Positions 33,821-43,120 of a DNA stretch of 48,396 bases are shown here, piece by piece. Under the pieces are notes generated by a model. That model had not been told where the DNA came from and did no database searches. It was given only the letters and a program-made list of their open reading frames with translations. Every line of letters begins with the position of its first letter. Within the stretch, counting starts at the first letter, position 1. Source of the stretch: Bacteroidales bacterium (lineage in GTDB: Bacteria > Bacteroidota > Bacteroidia > Bacteroidales > VadinHA17); contig JAVEZD010000003.1 of the NCBI GenBank assembly GCA_034003165.1, positions 1-48,396 of the forward strand, given 5' to 3'. The translations under genes and the position numbers were made by a program.

Positions 33821-33835
33821 CTGGAAATTTTCCAG
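33821..33835. promoter_or_regulatory. Perfect palindrome CTGGAAA-T-TTTCCAG upstream of the lipA promoter
   Basis: 7-bp arms. It is centred about 47 nt upstream of the lipA -7 box (33871-33878). Confidence 0.25.
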
Positions 33836-33870
33836 CGGGTGTGATCTTTTTCATGCCGCTTTAAAATTCG

Positions 33871-33878
33871 TACCTTTG
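33871..33878 (+). promoter_or_regulatory. Bacteroidota -7 box TACCTTTG for lipA-lipB-recJ
   Basis: Exact TAnnTTTG match 20 nt upstream of the lipA ATG (33898). Confidence 0.5.
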
Positions 33879-33897
33879 ATATTCAAAAAATGAAGAT

Positions 33898-34758
33898 ATG
33901 AAGGCAGGCAGAAGATTGCCGTCATGGCTCAGGATGAAGAGGGCCAGCGGTGCTACCTACTCCGGGGTAAAGCGGATTGTTGAGCAGAACAGGCTTCATA
34001 CCATATGTACAAGCGGCAGATGTCCGAATATAGGGGAATGCTGGAATGCAGGCACTGCTACCTTCATGATTCTCGGTGACATATGTACCAGGGCATGCAG
34101 GTTTTGTGCCACTAAGACAGGACGGCCGCTTCCTCCTGATATGGATGAGCCTGCCAGGCTTGCCGAAGCCATAAGGGTTATGGGCTTAAAACACTGTGTC
34201 ATCACCTCAGTCGACCGTGATGACCTGTCTGACGGTGGAGCTCAGTTCTGGGCCGATACCATCAGGGTAATAAAGGAGGTTAACCCCGGTACAACGGTCG
34301 AGACCCTGATCCCTGATTTTAATGGCATTGCTTCTGATATTCAAAAGATAATTGATGCGCAGCCGGAAGTCATATCACACAATATTGAAACGGTGAAAAG
34401 GCTGACACCGCTGATCCGTACAAAAGCAAGATATGAAACGAGTCTGGAGGTCCTGAGATATATTGCATCTTCAGGGAAACCTGCCAAGTCGGGCTTTATG
34501 GTGGGTCTGGGCGAGACTGAAGAGGAAGTCTATGAAACCATGTCGGACCTTAAGTCGGCAGGCTGTTCAATACTTACGATAGGGCAGTACCTTAAACCCG
34601 ATAAAGAATATATGGAGGTGCAGTCGTATATTGAGCCGGAAAAATTCGATGAGTACCGTAAGCAGGCTCTCGCCCTTGGCTTTGAACACGTTGAGAGCAG
34701 TCCGCTGGTCAGATCATCTTTTCACGCCGAAAAACATGTGAATTCGCCACATATTTGA
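33898..34758 (+). CDS. lipA: Lipoyl synthase (radical SAM)
   Basis: 286 aa. It has an N-terminal auxiliary cluster context (CTSGRCPNIGEC) and the radical-SAM motif CTRACRFC. Confidence 0.95.
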   Translation: MKAGRRLPSWLRMKRASGATYSGVKRIVEQNRLHTICTSGRCPNIGECWNAGTATFMILGDICTRACRFCATKTGRPLPPDMDEPARLAEAIRVMGLKHCVITSVDRDDLSDGGAQFWADTIRVIKEVNPGTTVETLIPDFNGIASDIQKIIDAQPEVISHNIETVKRLTPLIRTKARYETSLEVLRYIASSGKPAKSGFMVGLGETEEEVYETMSDLKSAGCSILTIGQYLKPDKEYMEVQSYIEPEKFDEYRKQALALGFEHVESSPLVRSSFHAEKHVNSPHI

Positions 34759-34792
34759 TTATATTTGTTTTAATTAACAAGGCAGGCTATAA

Positions 34793-35509
34793 TTGAGTTA
34801 TAGAGTTGTATATAAAGATATTGGCATCAAAGAATATAAGCATGTCTGGGATTTTCAGTCAGAAATTTTCAACAGGCTGCTAAAGAGTAAAAAAGAATGT
34901 GAAAAGTCAGACGCGGGGGATGGATTACCGGGAACGCTGATTTTTGTGGAACACCCGAATGTATACACCCTCGGAAAGAGCGGATCGGAGAATAATCTGC
35001 TTGTTGATTTCATCCAGTTGCAGGCCAGGGATGCCACTTTTTTCAGGATTGACCGGGGGGGAGATATAACATATCATGGTCCTGGTCAGTTAGTTGGGTA
35101 TCCTATTTTTGACCTTGAGAAACTGGGGATAGGGCTCAGGGAATATATAAACAGGCTTGAGGAGGCAATAATCTCAGGTGTTGGCGAGTATGGGCTTAAG
35201 GGCATGAGGCTGGCAGGCGGGACGGGTGTATGGCTTGATGCTGATGTAGCTGGGAAAGCCCGTAAGATTTGTGCCATAGGTGTCAGGGCAAGCAGGTTTG
35301 TTACAATGCACGGATTTGCATTTAATGTAAATACAGATCTTTCATATTTCGGTCACATCAATCCATGCGGGTTTACAGATAAGGGTGTGACGTCGCTTGA
35401 AAAAGAAACGGGAGTAAAACAGGATTTTGAAAAAGCAAAGGAGATAGTAAAAAGGAATCTGCAAAGGGTTTTTGATCTTCAATGGATAAATGAGACAAGT
35501 AATGGATAA
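34793..35509 (+). CDS. lipB: Octanoyltransferase (lipoyl(octanoyl) transferase)
   Basis: 238 aa. Motifs seen: RGGDITYHGPGQLVGYPI and KICAIGV. The start codon is TTG at 34793; no in-frame ATG is available. Confidence 0.9.
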   Translation: MSYRVVYKDIGIKEYKHVWDFQSEIFNRLLKSKKECEKSDAGDGLPGTLIFVEHPNVYTLGKSGSENNLLVDFIQLQARDATFFRIDRGGDITYHGPGQLVGYPIFDLEKLGIGLREYINRLEEAIISGVGEYGLKGMRLAGGTGVWLDADVAGKARKICAIGVRASRFVTMHGFAFNVNTDLSYFGHINPCGFTDKGVTSLEKETGVKQDFEKAKEIVKRNLQRVFDLQWINETSNG

Positions 35510-37220
35510 AAGATGGATCATAAAAGACAAAGCAGATTTCCCGGTTGTCAGGCAGCTGGCAGCATCGCTCGGTGTTCCGGAATCACTGGCAAACCTGATG
35601 GTTCAGCGGAACATAACAACAAAGGATGAAGCCAGGGCTTTCTTTAGCCCGTCACTAAGCGACCTTCACGATCCTTTCCTGATGAAAGATATGAATGTTG
35701 CTGTGGAAAGGATTTCAACAGCTGTCAAAAAGAATGAGAAGATACTTGTCTACGGTGACTATGATGTTGATGGCACAACAGCCGTTGCATTAATGTATTC
35801 GTTTCTGAAATCGCAGTATTCAAACGTTGAATATTATATCCCCGACCGGTATAGGGAGGGTTATGGTTTGTCTGTTGAGGGGCTCGACTATGCCAGCCAG
35901 ATAAACTGCAAGGTAGTGATCACCCTTGACTGCGGGATAAAGGCGGTTGAGAAAGTCAGGTATGCCCGCTCCAAAGGACTCGACATAATTGTCTGTGATC
36001 ATCATTACCCGGGAGATGAGATTCCCAGGGCTGTTGCTGTACTTGATCCCAAACAGCCCTCGTGCAGCTATCCCTACAAGGAGCTCTCAGGATGTGGTGT
36101 GGGATTCAAACTTATCCAGGCATATTCCCGCATTCATGGCATCCCTTTCAGCCATATAAGTCCCTACCTCGATCTGGTTGCAGTAAGCATAGCTTCAGAT
36201 ATAGTTCCTATAACAGGAGAAAACAGGATTCTTGCCTATTTTGGTCTGAAACAGCTTAACGAAGCACCGGGGACAGGACTTAAAGAGATCATCAGGGAGT
36301 CGGAGATAAATAAGGTTCTGACTATTGAGGATGTGGTATTCAAGATCGGACCCAGGATAAATGCAGCCGGAAGGATGGAGAGCGGTAAGAAGGCAGTAGA
36401 GCTGCTTGTTTCAGATGATCCCCGCATTGCCTCCTTCATAAGCAAGGAGATCAATAACTTCAATAACGAGCGCCGAAGTGTTGACAGAACAATAACAACA
36501 GAGGCCATGAGGATGATCTCGGAAGATCAGTCGACCCTTAATGCCAGAACCACTGTGTTATATAACCCCTCATGGAAAAAAGGAGTTATAGGTATTGTGG
36601 CATCGCGGCTTATTGAGACTTATTACAGGCCTACAGTCATCTTAACTGAATCAAATGGCTTTGCAACAGGATCAGCCCGGTCGGTCCAGGGTTACGACCT
36701 TTATCAGGCCATCGAGGCCTGCGGCGACCTTCTCGAGAGTTTCGGCGGTCATATGTTTGCTGCCGGCCTTACACTCAAAAAGGAAAACATACGTCCTTTC
36801 ATGGAAAGGTTTGAGCAGTTTGTGAACAACACAATAACTGAAGACCAGCTTATTCCAAGGATCTTTATTGATGCCGAACTTTCCTTTGGCGAGATAGATG
36901 ATGCTTTCTTCAGGGGCATCCACAGCTTTCAGCCATTCGGACCTGAAAATATGTCGCCCATATTTGTAACAAGGAATGTTTTCGATACCGGTTCGGGAAG
37001 GATGGTTGGCTCAAGCGGTGAACACCTCAAACTCGATCTGTGCCAGGAGGCTTCAGGTATAAAGAGCCTTCCTGCCATTGCCTTCAGCCAGGCCGATCAT
37101 TTCGAATATATAAGGGGAGGTAATCCATTCGACATCTGTTATTCCATAGAGATGAATGAGTTCAGGGGGAACAGGAACCTTCAGCTTAACATACGTGATA
37201 TCAGAACACCCCTGTCATGA
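35490..37220 (+). CDS. recJ: Single-stranded-DNA-specific exonuclease RecJ
   Basis: 576 aa. It has DHH motifs (VYGDYDVDGTT, TLDCG, IVCDHH) and DHHA1 (GGHMFAAG). The start is either 35490 or 35502; both overlap the lipB 3' end. Confidence 0.93.
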   Translation: MRQVMDKRWIIKDKADFPVVRQLAASLGVPESLANLMVQRNITTKDEARAFFSPSLSDLHDPFLMKDMNVAVERISTAVKKNEKILVYGDYDVDGTTAVALMYSFLKSQYSNVEYYIPDRYREGYGLSVEGLDYASQINCKVVITLDCGIKAVEKVRYARSKGLDIIVCDHHYPGDEIPRAVAVLDPKQPSCSYPYKELSGCGVGFKLIQAYSRIHGIPFSHISPYLDLVAVSIASDIVPITGENRILAYFGLKQLNEAPGTGLKEIIRESEINKVLTIEDVVFKIGPRINAAGRMESGKKAVELLVSDDPRIASFISKEINNFNNERRSVDRTITTEAMRMISEDQSTLNARTTVLYNPSWKKGVIGIVASRLIETYYRPTVILTESNGFATGSARSVQGYDLYQAIEACGDLLESFGGHMFAAGLTLKKENIRPFMERFEQFVNNTITEDQLIPRIFIDAELSFGEIDDAFFRGIHSFQPFGPENMSPIFVTRNVFDTGSGRMVGSSGEHLKLDLCQEASGIKSLPAIAFSQADHFEYIRGGNPFDICYSIEMNEFRGNRNLQLNIRDIRTPLS

Positions 37221-37233
37221 CCATCTTTTACCT

Positions 37234-39288
37234 TCAGAACTTAAGTGAAAGCTGAATCCTGAAGTCATCCCTGTATTCTTTGTCACTTCTGTCGTTAAAA
37301 GGTGCTGTAACCCCATATTTCATTATTAGTTTCATGTTTTCAGTGGCATCCCACCTCACCATTGCATAGCTCCTGCAGCCGCTTCCCGACAGAGCGGGTA
37401 TGCTGTAACTCTGCAGGAGGTCATTTTCATACACATACAACCTGGTATCCCAGTCGTCAGTCCGGAAGGGAGAGAATCTTAGCCAGAGTCTGACAGGTAT
37501 GGAAGGGACTGAACAGATAAGATCCTGTGAAAGAACAGTCCCCACACTGTTCCCCGGCGTGGCAGTCCTGTAGTAAATTCTGGTGACGAACGACAGCTGC
37601 TCTGAGAATATATATTTTACATGTAATTTACAGGTGGTTGTTGTAAGGACCGATTGTCCGGGGATCTTGTTAAGTGCATCGTTATTTTCAACTGATTCTT
37701 TCTGGTTGCATGAAAATTCCATCTGAAATGAAGAAGATGGCTCATACCTTAATCTTATCTCTCCGGCCCGTGCGTAAGAGGGGAAGCTTGTCCTGTATCT
37801 CCTCCATGGGTAATGTGATATGTTGTATCCGGCACTTACAAAAAGGTTTCTGGCAACTTCAAGGGTAAAGTTCCCGGTCAGGCCCTGTTCGTTTTTTACC
37901 TGGCTGCCGGTTCCGGGAGCCCTGCCGTGAAAAGTAGTATATCCCGGAGAATAGTTTCTGTAGAGCAGGTTAACTGTCAGGCGTCCTGAAGGCCGGAGAG
38001 ACAATCCCTGAATTATGGCATGTGAGTCGCCGTTGTTGAGAGTAAGCTCACCGAAGGCTATGATGTTGCCTTTCACAGCTTTGTATGTAAATGAAAAATT
38101 CCGGTTGAGGTTTCCTGAGAAGGAGTAGGGGTCTTCATCTGAGCCTGTTATACCTTCCCCGGCCGGGAACCGTGTCTCTGACCAGAGAAGGCCCAGCCTC
38201 AGGTTTCTTAAGTCGTATATAGCTGAAGCGCCATAGTTTATCTCCCTCAGCCGGTCTTTTTTAATCATCAGTGATGGGGTGTTATGCAATCCGGAGGTAT
38301 AAATGCCTTTAATACCTGATACCTGGCCGGCCTCTGCTCCGGTCATACCAGCATCAACCAGATTATTCGAGAACCAGGTGGTGAATCCGAGTCTGTCTTT
38401 TGCCACTTCGGCAGCTACTCCCCTGAAGAAATTATACTCGTCTGCCGAAGTATGGGGTCTGATCTCATTTCTCCCCGATAAGTAACCCGGGGAGGTCAGC
38501 GACAGCCCGGTGCTTATCCCGGTGTTCAGTGCGCTGCCCATTCCGAATCTTATTCCGAAGTCGCCTGCAACAATTTTCCTCAGCATACCTGAACCTGAAT
38601 AGCATATAAAGGCTGAAGTAAAGTCAGGTGCCAGGTTCCCTGTTGAGGTGAGGCTCTCTCCGGCATCTTTTTCAGCAGTGATTCCCCCTGATAAGGATGA
38701 GGAGGAGAACCTGTATTTTGAAAGAAGCTTCCATGGAGAACCCATACTGCCCGGTTCCTTGTCGGTGCTTCTCAGTGAGGCACTTGTCAGCAGGCTGTTT
38801 CTGAACGATAAGTATTTTCCTCCGGCAGATGTTTTCTCTCCGAAAGTGATGAAGGGAGCCATCATTTCGGCCGTCGCCCTGTCGAAACCAGGGATATTGG
38901 CTATCTCATATATAGTCTTCAGGGAACCATATTCTGAACGATAGTCGGCTATTACTTTAAGCTGGAAATCAGACAGGAAGAAGAGTCTTTCAAGTTCAAT
39001 CCTGTCGTTTGAATTGACGGCTACAGGGTCGCCTGAAAGCTCGTGCAGCCTGTCGGTAAACTCTTCAAGGGTACCGGCACCCAGCTCATCACCGGCCATT
39101 TCTTCGGCAATAGTTGCTATAAACCCGGTAAGATCTTCACTCTGGCCCTTCGTCGGAATTGGAAAGGTCAGGGCTGCCAATAATATAAGAGAAGTAGCTC
39201 TCCATGGCATTAAATGGGTTCCTGTTTTCTTTGTAAGCATCCCTGAATACCGGCAGAGAAAACTGAGCGCTCTGTTTGATCTTTCCAT
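37234..39288 (-). CDS. Outer-membrane beta-barrel protein with an N-terminal ComEA-like helix-hairpin-helix domain
   Basis: 684 aa. After a signal peptide (the true start is possibly the internal Met at 39240 or 39210), the segment NSNDRIELERLFFLSDFQLKVIADYRSEYGSLKTIYEIANIPGFDRATAEMMAPFITF mirrors the ComEA HhH module. The remaining ~530 aa show an alternating aromatic/small beta-strand pattern and end in ...RIQLSLKF, a C-terminal Phe beta-signal. Confidence 0.65.
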   Translation of the reverse strand: MERSNRALSFLCRYSGMLTKKTGTHLMPWRATSLILLAALTFPIPTKGQSEDLTGFIATIAEEMAGDELGAGTLEEFTDRLHELSGDPVAVNSNDRIELERLFFLSDFQLKVIADYRSEYGSLKTIYEIANIPGFDRATAEMMAPFITFGEKTSAGGKYLSFRNSLLTSASLRSTDKEPGSMGSPWKLLSKYRFSSSSLSGGITAEKDAGESLTSTGNLAPDFTSAFICYSGSGMLRKIVAGDFGIRFGMGSALNTGISTGLSLTSPGYLSGRNEIRPHTSADEYNFFRGVAAEVAKDRLGFTTWFSNNLVDAGMTGAEAGQVSGIKGIYTSGLHNTPSLMIKKDRLREINYGASAIYDLRNLRLGLLWSETRFPAGEGITGSDEDPYSFSGNLNRNFSFTYKAVKGNIIAFGELTLNNGDSHAIIQGLSLRPSGRLTVNLLYRNYSPGYTTFHGRAPGTGSQVKNEQGLTGNFTLEVARNLFVSAGYNISHYPWRRYRTSFPSYARAGEIRLRYEPSSSFQMEFSCNQKESVENNDALNKIPGQSVLTTTTCKLHVKYIFSEQLSFVTRIYYRTATPGNSVGTVLSQDLICSVPSIPVRLWLRFSPFRTDDWDTRLYVYENDLLQSYSIPALSGSGCRSYAMVRWDATENMKLIMKYGVTAPFNDRSDKEYRDDFRIQLSLKF

Positions 39289-39310
39289 ATGCAGACCCTC
39301 TTCCCGGGCA

Positions 39311-40132
39311 TTATTGTTTAATTGTGAAGATTACTGATACAGATGAGCTGATGCCCAGCCTCTCGTGCGTAAGAAAGCCTGCATCGATTTTCATAGCCTT
39401 CAGCCTGTAGCCCATACCAAAGCTGAAAGAGCTGTTTTCTGTCCTGAAACCGCCCCGTATCCATAACCTTTCCGAAGTCCCGTATTCAAATCCGGTTTTA
39501 ATAACAAGGTTGTTTCCGGTACTCATCTCAGCTTCGAGAGCCGTATAGAGGCGGGGAGAGGGAAGGAATGCCACCCCGGCCCTTATTGTCATTGGCAGGT
39601 ATTGTTTCCTGATGGCTCCGGGACCAGGGTTGAAGATATGAATGCCGATACTGACGGTTTCAGATGCCGAGACCAGGATTCCTGCTCCGAAGGTGATCAG
39701 CATACGGTCGTTGTAGCCGGAAGGGCAGTTTTCTATGAAGTAACCAAGTCCGACTCCTGAGGAGATCTTTTCGCTCAGGGGCAGACCACAGGCCAGTGAA
39801 ATTGTATGCCTGCGCAGACCCTCAAATCCGAAATCTGAAAACAATCCTCCCAGTGAAGCCCTGCCCGCCGGGACTATCAAAGCCGCACTTCTTGCTGATA
39901 GCTCTGCAAGGCTGAAGCGGTTTTCGTAACAGACTCCTGCTGAAAAGGAGCGGTTGACACCCAGGATGGCCTCATTTTGGAACGACGACCAGAAATCATG
40001 CTTACCGGCACATGCATAGCCTGCTCCTGCTTCGGCCGCACCACCGGTAAAACGGTAGGGATTTCCCGCGGTGGCTGGCAGTGACAGAAGAACAAATATA
40101 AATGAAACAGATATTTTGTGCAGCGAGAACAA
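39311..40132 (-). CDS. Small outer-membrane beta-barrel, PorV/PorQ-family-like
   Basis: 273 aa. It has a signal peptide (ISVSFIFVLLSLPATAG) followed by GGAAEAGAGYACAG..DFWSSFQNEAILG, which resembles the G.a.GMGgA....D.....NPA.L motif of PorV/PorQ/FadL-like barrels. It shows a beta-strand pattern to the C-terminus. The start codon is TTG at 40132. It lies 22 nt upstream of the HhH-barrel gene. Confidence 0.5.
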   Translation of the reverse strand: MFSLHKISVSFIFVLLSLPATAGNPYRFTGGAAEAGAGYACAGKHDFWSSFQNEAILGVNRSFSAGVCYENRFSLAELSARSAALIVPAGRASLGGLFSDFGFEGLRRHTISLACGLPLSEKISSGVGLGYFIENCPSGYNDRMLITFGAGILVSASETVSIGIHIFNPGPGAIRKQYLPMTIRAGVAFLPSPRLYTALEAEMSTGNNLVIKTGFEYGTSERLWIRGGFRTENSSFSFGMGYRLKAMKIDAGFLTHERLGISSSVSVIFTIKQ

Positions 40133-40160
40133 AATGTGTCTGTTAAGGACAGAAATTTAC

Positions 40161-40201
40161 AAAAAAAACCTTTACTGTCAATGAGTAAAGGTCTTTTTTT
40201 G
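40161..40201 (-). terminator. Rho-independent terminator of purE (symmetric A-run/T-run flanks)
   Basis: ACCTTTACT (40168-40176) and AGTAAAGGT (40184-40192) form a perfect 9-bp stem with a 7-nt loop. It is flanked by A8 on the left and T8 on the right, so it has a U-tract in either orientation. Confidence 0.8.
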
Positions 40202-40298
40202 TAACATTTTTATTATTCAGGCACTGTATGGCAGCAGGACTGATAATGATACCAATCTGACGGGTCGTCCGGCTCAGAAGCGATCCGTTGCCGGCAGG

Positions 40299-40805
40299 TC
40301 AGTTTGTCTTAAAGGGGTATTTTACTTTTTTCAGTTCCTCATTTGCTTCTACAATCTTCTTTTTGAGGTTGTCCTTAAAATCCATTACTTCCTTCATTAT
40401 TTCAGGGTTGGATGCAGCCAGTATCTGTGCAGCCAGTATCCCTGCATTCTGTGCTGCGTTGACTCCCACTGTGGCAACCGGTATTCCGGGAGGCATCTGC
40501 AGTATTGAGAAGATGGAATCGAGTCCCTGAAGTGAGGCATTGACCGGGACTCCGATAACAGGCAATGGAGTCATGGAGGCAATGACCCCTGGAAGGTGGG
40601 CGGCCATTCCGGCTGCTGCAATAATGACTTTAATACCCCTTCCGGCAGCAGCCTTAGAAAACTTTTCGACTTCTTCCGGTGTTCTGTGGGCCGAAAGGGC
40701 ATTCATCTCGAAAGGAATCTTTAAATCATTGAGTACCCTGGCAGCTTTCTCCATTACTGGCAGGTCAGAAGTGCTTCCCATTATTATACTTACAAGTGCT
40801 TCCAT
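40299..40805 (-). CDS. purE: N5-carboxyaminoimidazole ribonucleotide mutase
   Basis: 168 aa. Motifs seen: IIMGSTSDLPVM, SAHRTPE and AGMAAHLPGV. Confidence 0.93.
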   Translation of the reverse strand: MEALVSIIMGSTSDLPVMEKAARVLNDLKIPFEMNALSAHRTPEEVEKFSKAAAGRGIKVIIAAAGMAAHLPGVIASMTPLPVIGVPVNASLQGLDSIFSILQMPPGIPVATVGVNAAQNAGILAAQILAASNPEIMKEVMDFKDNLKKKIVEANEELKKVKYPFKTN

Positions 40806-40837
40806 ATATTTAATTTAATTTAACTTACAGATAAAGA

Positions 40838-40845
40838 CAAAAATA
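40838..40845 (-). promoter_or_regulatory. Bacteroidota -7 box TATTTTTG (minus strand) for purE
   Basis: Exact TAnnTTTG match 33 nt upstream of the purE ATG (40805). Confidence 0.45.
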
Positions 40846-40893
40846 AGCTATTATTTTCATATTTTCGCAGCGGCTGACATTTGAAACATTATC

Positions 40894-41430
40894 ATGAAGG
40901 AAATCTGTGTACTTGATAAAAAGTTCAGGGAATATATTTCAGGTGAAGCTATCCGGAACAGGGTTTCTGAGCTTGCAGAAAAGATAAATGCCGACTATGC
41001 CGGTAAAGAAGTGGTTTTTGTTGGTATCCTCAATGGCGCTTTTATGTTTGCAGCTGATCTTTACAGGCTTATAACGGCCCCTTCGAGGATAACTTTTGTT
41101 AAACTTGCATCTTACCAGGGGACAAGCTCTTCAGGCAGCGTCAGGGAGCTTATAGGCTGGAATGAGGATATCAGGAACAAGAACATTGTAGTGGTAGAGG
41201 ACATCATTGATTCGGGCAACACCCTGGAACGGATTGTCGACGAACTGGTTATAAGGGATGTGGCATCAGTAAGGATCGCTGCCCTGCTGCTCAAACCCGA
41301 TGCTTATGAAAAGGATATACCTCTCGATTATATAGGTTTTGAAATCCCAAATGATTTTGTGGTTGGCTACGGGCTCGACTATGACGGTTTTGGCCGCAAC
41401 CTTCCATCGATTTACACACTTATACGTTAA
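40894..41430 (+). CDS. hpt: Hypoxanthine(-guanine) phosphoribosyltransferase
   Basis: 178 aa. It has the PRPP-binding motif IVVVEDIIDSGNTL and a C-terminal VGYGLDYDG motif. Confidence 0.92.
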   Translation: MKEICVLDKKFREYISGEAIRNRVSELAEKINADYAGKEVVFVGILNGAFMFAADLYRLITAPSRITFVKLASYQGTSSSGSVRELIGWNEDIRNKNIVVVEDIIDSGNTLERIVDELVIRDVASVRIAALLLKPDAYEKDIPLDYIGFEIPNDFVVGYGLDYDGFGRNLPSIYTLIR

Positions 41431-41448
41431 ATAATAAAAATTTATTCT

Positions 41449-42024
41449 ATGGTTAATTTTTTGATTTTTGGCCCTCCCGGATCAGGTAAAGGTACGCAGT
41501 CGGTACAGCTGGCAAAGAAGTTCAATCTGACGCATCTCTCAACCGGAGATATGCTCCGCGCTGAGATTGCTGCCGGGACTGAGCTGGGGAAGAAGATGAG
41601 TTCTATCATGAGCAAGGGCGAACTGGTTCCCGATGAGGTTGTGATTGAGATGATCGCCGCAAAGATTGACAATACAAAAGATACCTCAGGCTTTCTGTTC
41701 GACGGTTTCCCAAGGACAGTGGCCCAGACCATCGAACTTGAGAAGATGCTTAATGAAAGAGGGATGAAGATAGACAGCATGCTTGTTCTCGATGTTGAAC
41801 ACGACGAGCTTGTTAAAAGACTTATCCTCAGGGCCGACCTGTCAGGCCGTCCCGATGACAAGGATCCTGCCGTTATCGAGAACAGGATTGATGTATATAA
41901 ATCAAAGACAGAGCCCATAATCGACTATTGCCGCGAGCGGGGAATCTACCAGCCAGTCGATGGCATGGGATCGATTGAGGACATTTTTGGCAGGCTTTCC
42001 GGCCTTATGGAGAAATTTGTTTAA
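41449..42024 (+). CDS. adk: Adenylate kinase (short-LID type)
   Basis: 191 aa. It has the P-loop GPPGSGKGTQ, STGDMLR and GFPRT motifs. Confidence 0.95.
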   Translation: MVNFLIFGPPGSGKGTQSVQLAKKFNLTHLSTGDMLRAEIAAGTELGKKMSSIMSKGELVPDEVVIEMIAAKIDNTKDTSGFLFDGFPRTVAQTIELEKMLNERGMKIDSMLVLDVEHDELVKRLILRADLSGRPDDKDPAVIENRIDVYKSKTEPIIDYCRERGIYQPVDGMGSIEDIFGRLSGLMEKFV

Positions 42025-42127
42025 TTACCTTTAAATACTTTCGTGATCCTCTGTGTTTTTTCCTGTTCCTGACTTCTTAACGGAATATCAGGAAAAAACA
42101 CTGAGATTGCGGATTGATACAAGACTG

Positions 42128-43120
42128 ATGACCTCATCCAATTTCGTCGATTACATAAAGATCTATTGCCGTTCAGGTAACGGAGGTGCAGGATCGGCTC
42201 ATCTGCGCAGGGAGAAGTTTATTCCAAAGGGCGGACCTGACGGTGGTGACGGAGGAAGGGGAGGACATATTATTCTGAGGGGTAATGCTCAGATGTGGAC
42301 ACTGCTCCATCTCAAATACCAGCGACATATATTCGCAGAAAACGGGGTGGCTGGTAGTTCAAAGCAGTCGACAGGAGCCGAGGGCAAAGATGTAATCGTT
42401 GAGGTGCCTCTAGGAACTACTGCAAAGAGGGAGAGCACAGGGGAGCTTATGTTTGAGATCACCAGCGACGGGGAAGAGAAGATCCTCCTGAAAGGCGGAA
42501 GGGGCGGTCTGGGAAATGTTCACTTCAAGTCGGCCACATTCCAGACTCCGCGTTTTGCCCAGCCTGGAGAGACCGGCGAAGAAGATGCCTTTATTCTGGA
42601 GCTGAAAGTACTTGCAGATGTGGGCCTTGTGGGATTTCCAAATGCTGGAAAGTCAACACTGCTTTCAGTGGTGTCAGCTGCTAAACCCAGGATCGCCGAT
42701 TATCCTTTTACAACCCTTGTGCCTAACCTTGGCATAGTAAGCTATCACGACAACAGGTCTTTTGTAATGGCCGACATACCCGGAATCATTGAGGGGGCCC
42801 ATGAAGGCAGGGGCCTTGGCATAAGATTTCTGAGACATATTGAAAGAAATCCCATCCTGCTGTTTCTGGTACCATCCGACAGTAGAAACATAAAGGAGGA
42901 ATATGAGATACTTCTTAATGAACTAAGGATGTATAACAGCGAGCTTCTCGATAAGAAGAGACTGCTTGGAATATCCAAGGCAGATCTTCTCGACCAGGAG
43001 CTCAGGGATGAAATAAGATTGGACCTGCCGGATCTGCCCCGTGTCTTCTTCTCTTCTGTAACCGGCGAAGGGATAAACACTCTCAAGGACATGATCTGGA
43101 AACTTCTCAACAGTTACTGA
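42128..43120 (+). CDS. obgE: GTPase Obg/CgtA
   Basis: The track ORF starts at 42053, but the conserved N-terminus [41 protein letters not shown] begins just after the ATG at 42128. G-motifs: [13 protein letters not shown] and SKAD. Confidence 0.93.
   Translation: MTSSNFVDYIKIYCRSGNGGAGSAHLRREKFIPKGGPDGGDGGRGGHIILRGNAQMWTLLHLKYQRHIFAENGVAGSSKQSTGAEGKDVIVEVPLGTTAKRESTGELMFEITSDGEEKILLKGGRGGLGNVHFKSATFQTPRFAQPGETGEEDAFILELKVLADVGLVGFPNAGKSTLLSVVSAAKPRIADYPFTTLVPNLGIVSYHDNRSFVMADIPGIIEGAHEGRGLGIRFLRHIERNPILLFLVPSDSRNIKEEYEILLNELRMYNSELLDKKRLLGISKADLLDQELRDEIRLDLPDLPRVFFSSVTGEGINTLKDMIWKLLNSY

Noticed and set aside
40288-40818. 80-aa and 92-aa ORFs antisense to purE; also 41442-41918 (158 aa) antisense to adk
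   Set aside because: These are shadow ORFs inside highly conserved genes with Ser/Ile/Ala-rich low-complexity translations.
42053-42127. 25-codon N-terminal extension of the obg ORF
   Set aside because: The conserved Obg N-terminus starts right after the ATG at 42128, and the extension begins with a non-ATG codon. The N-terminal extensions at 6024-6074 (lipoprotein) and 27343-27402 (DUF2807-like) were trimmed for similar reasons.
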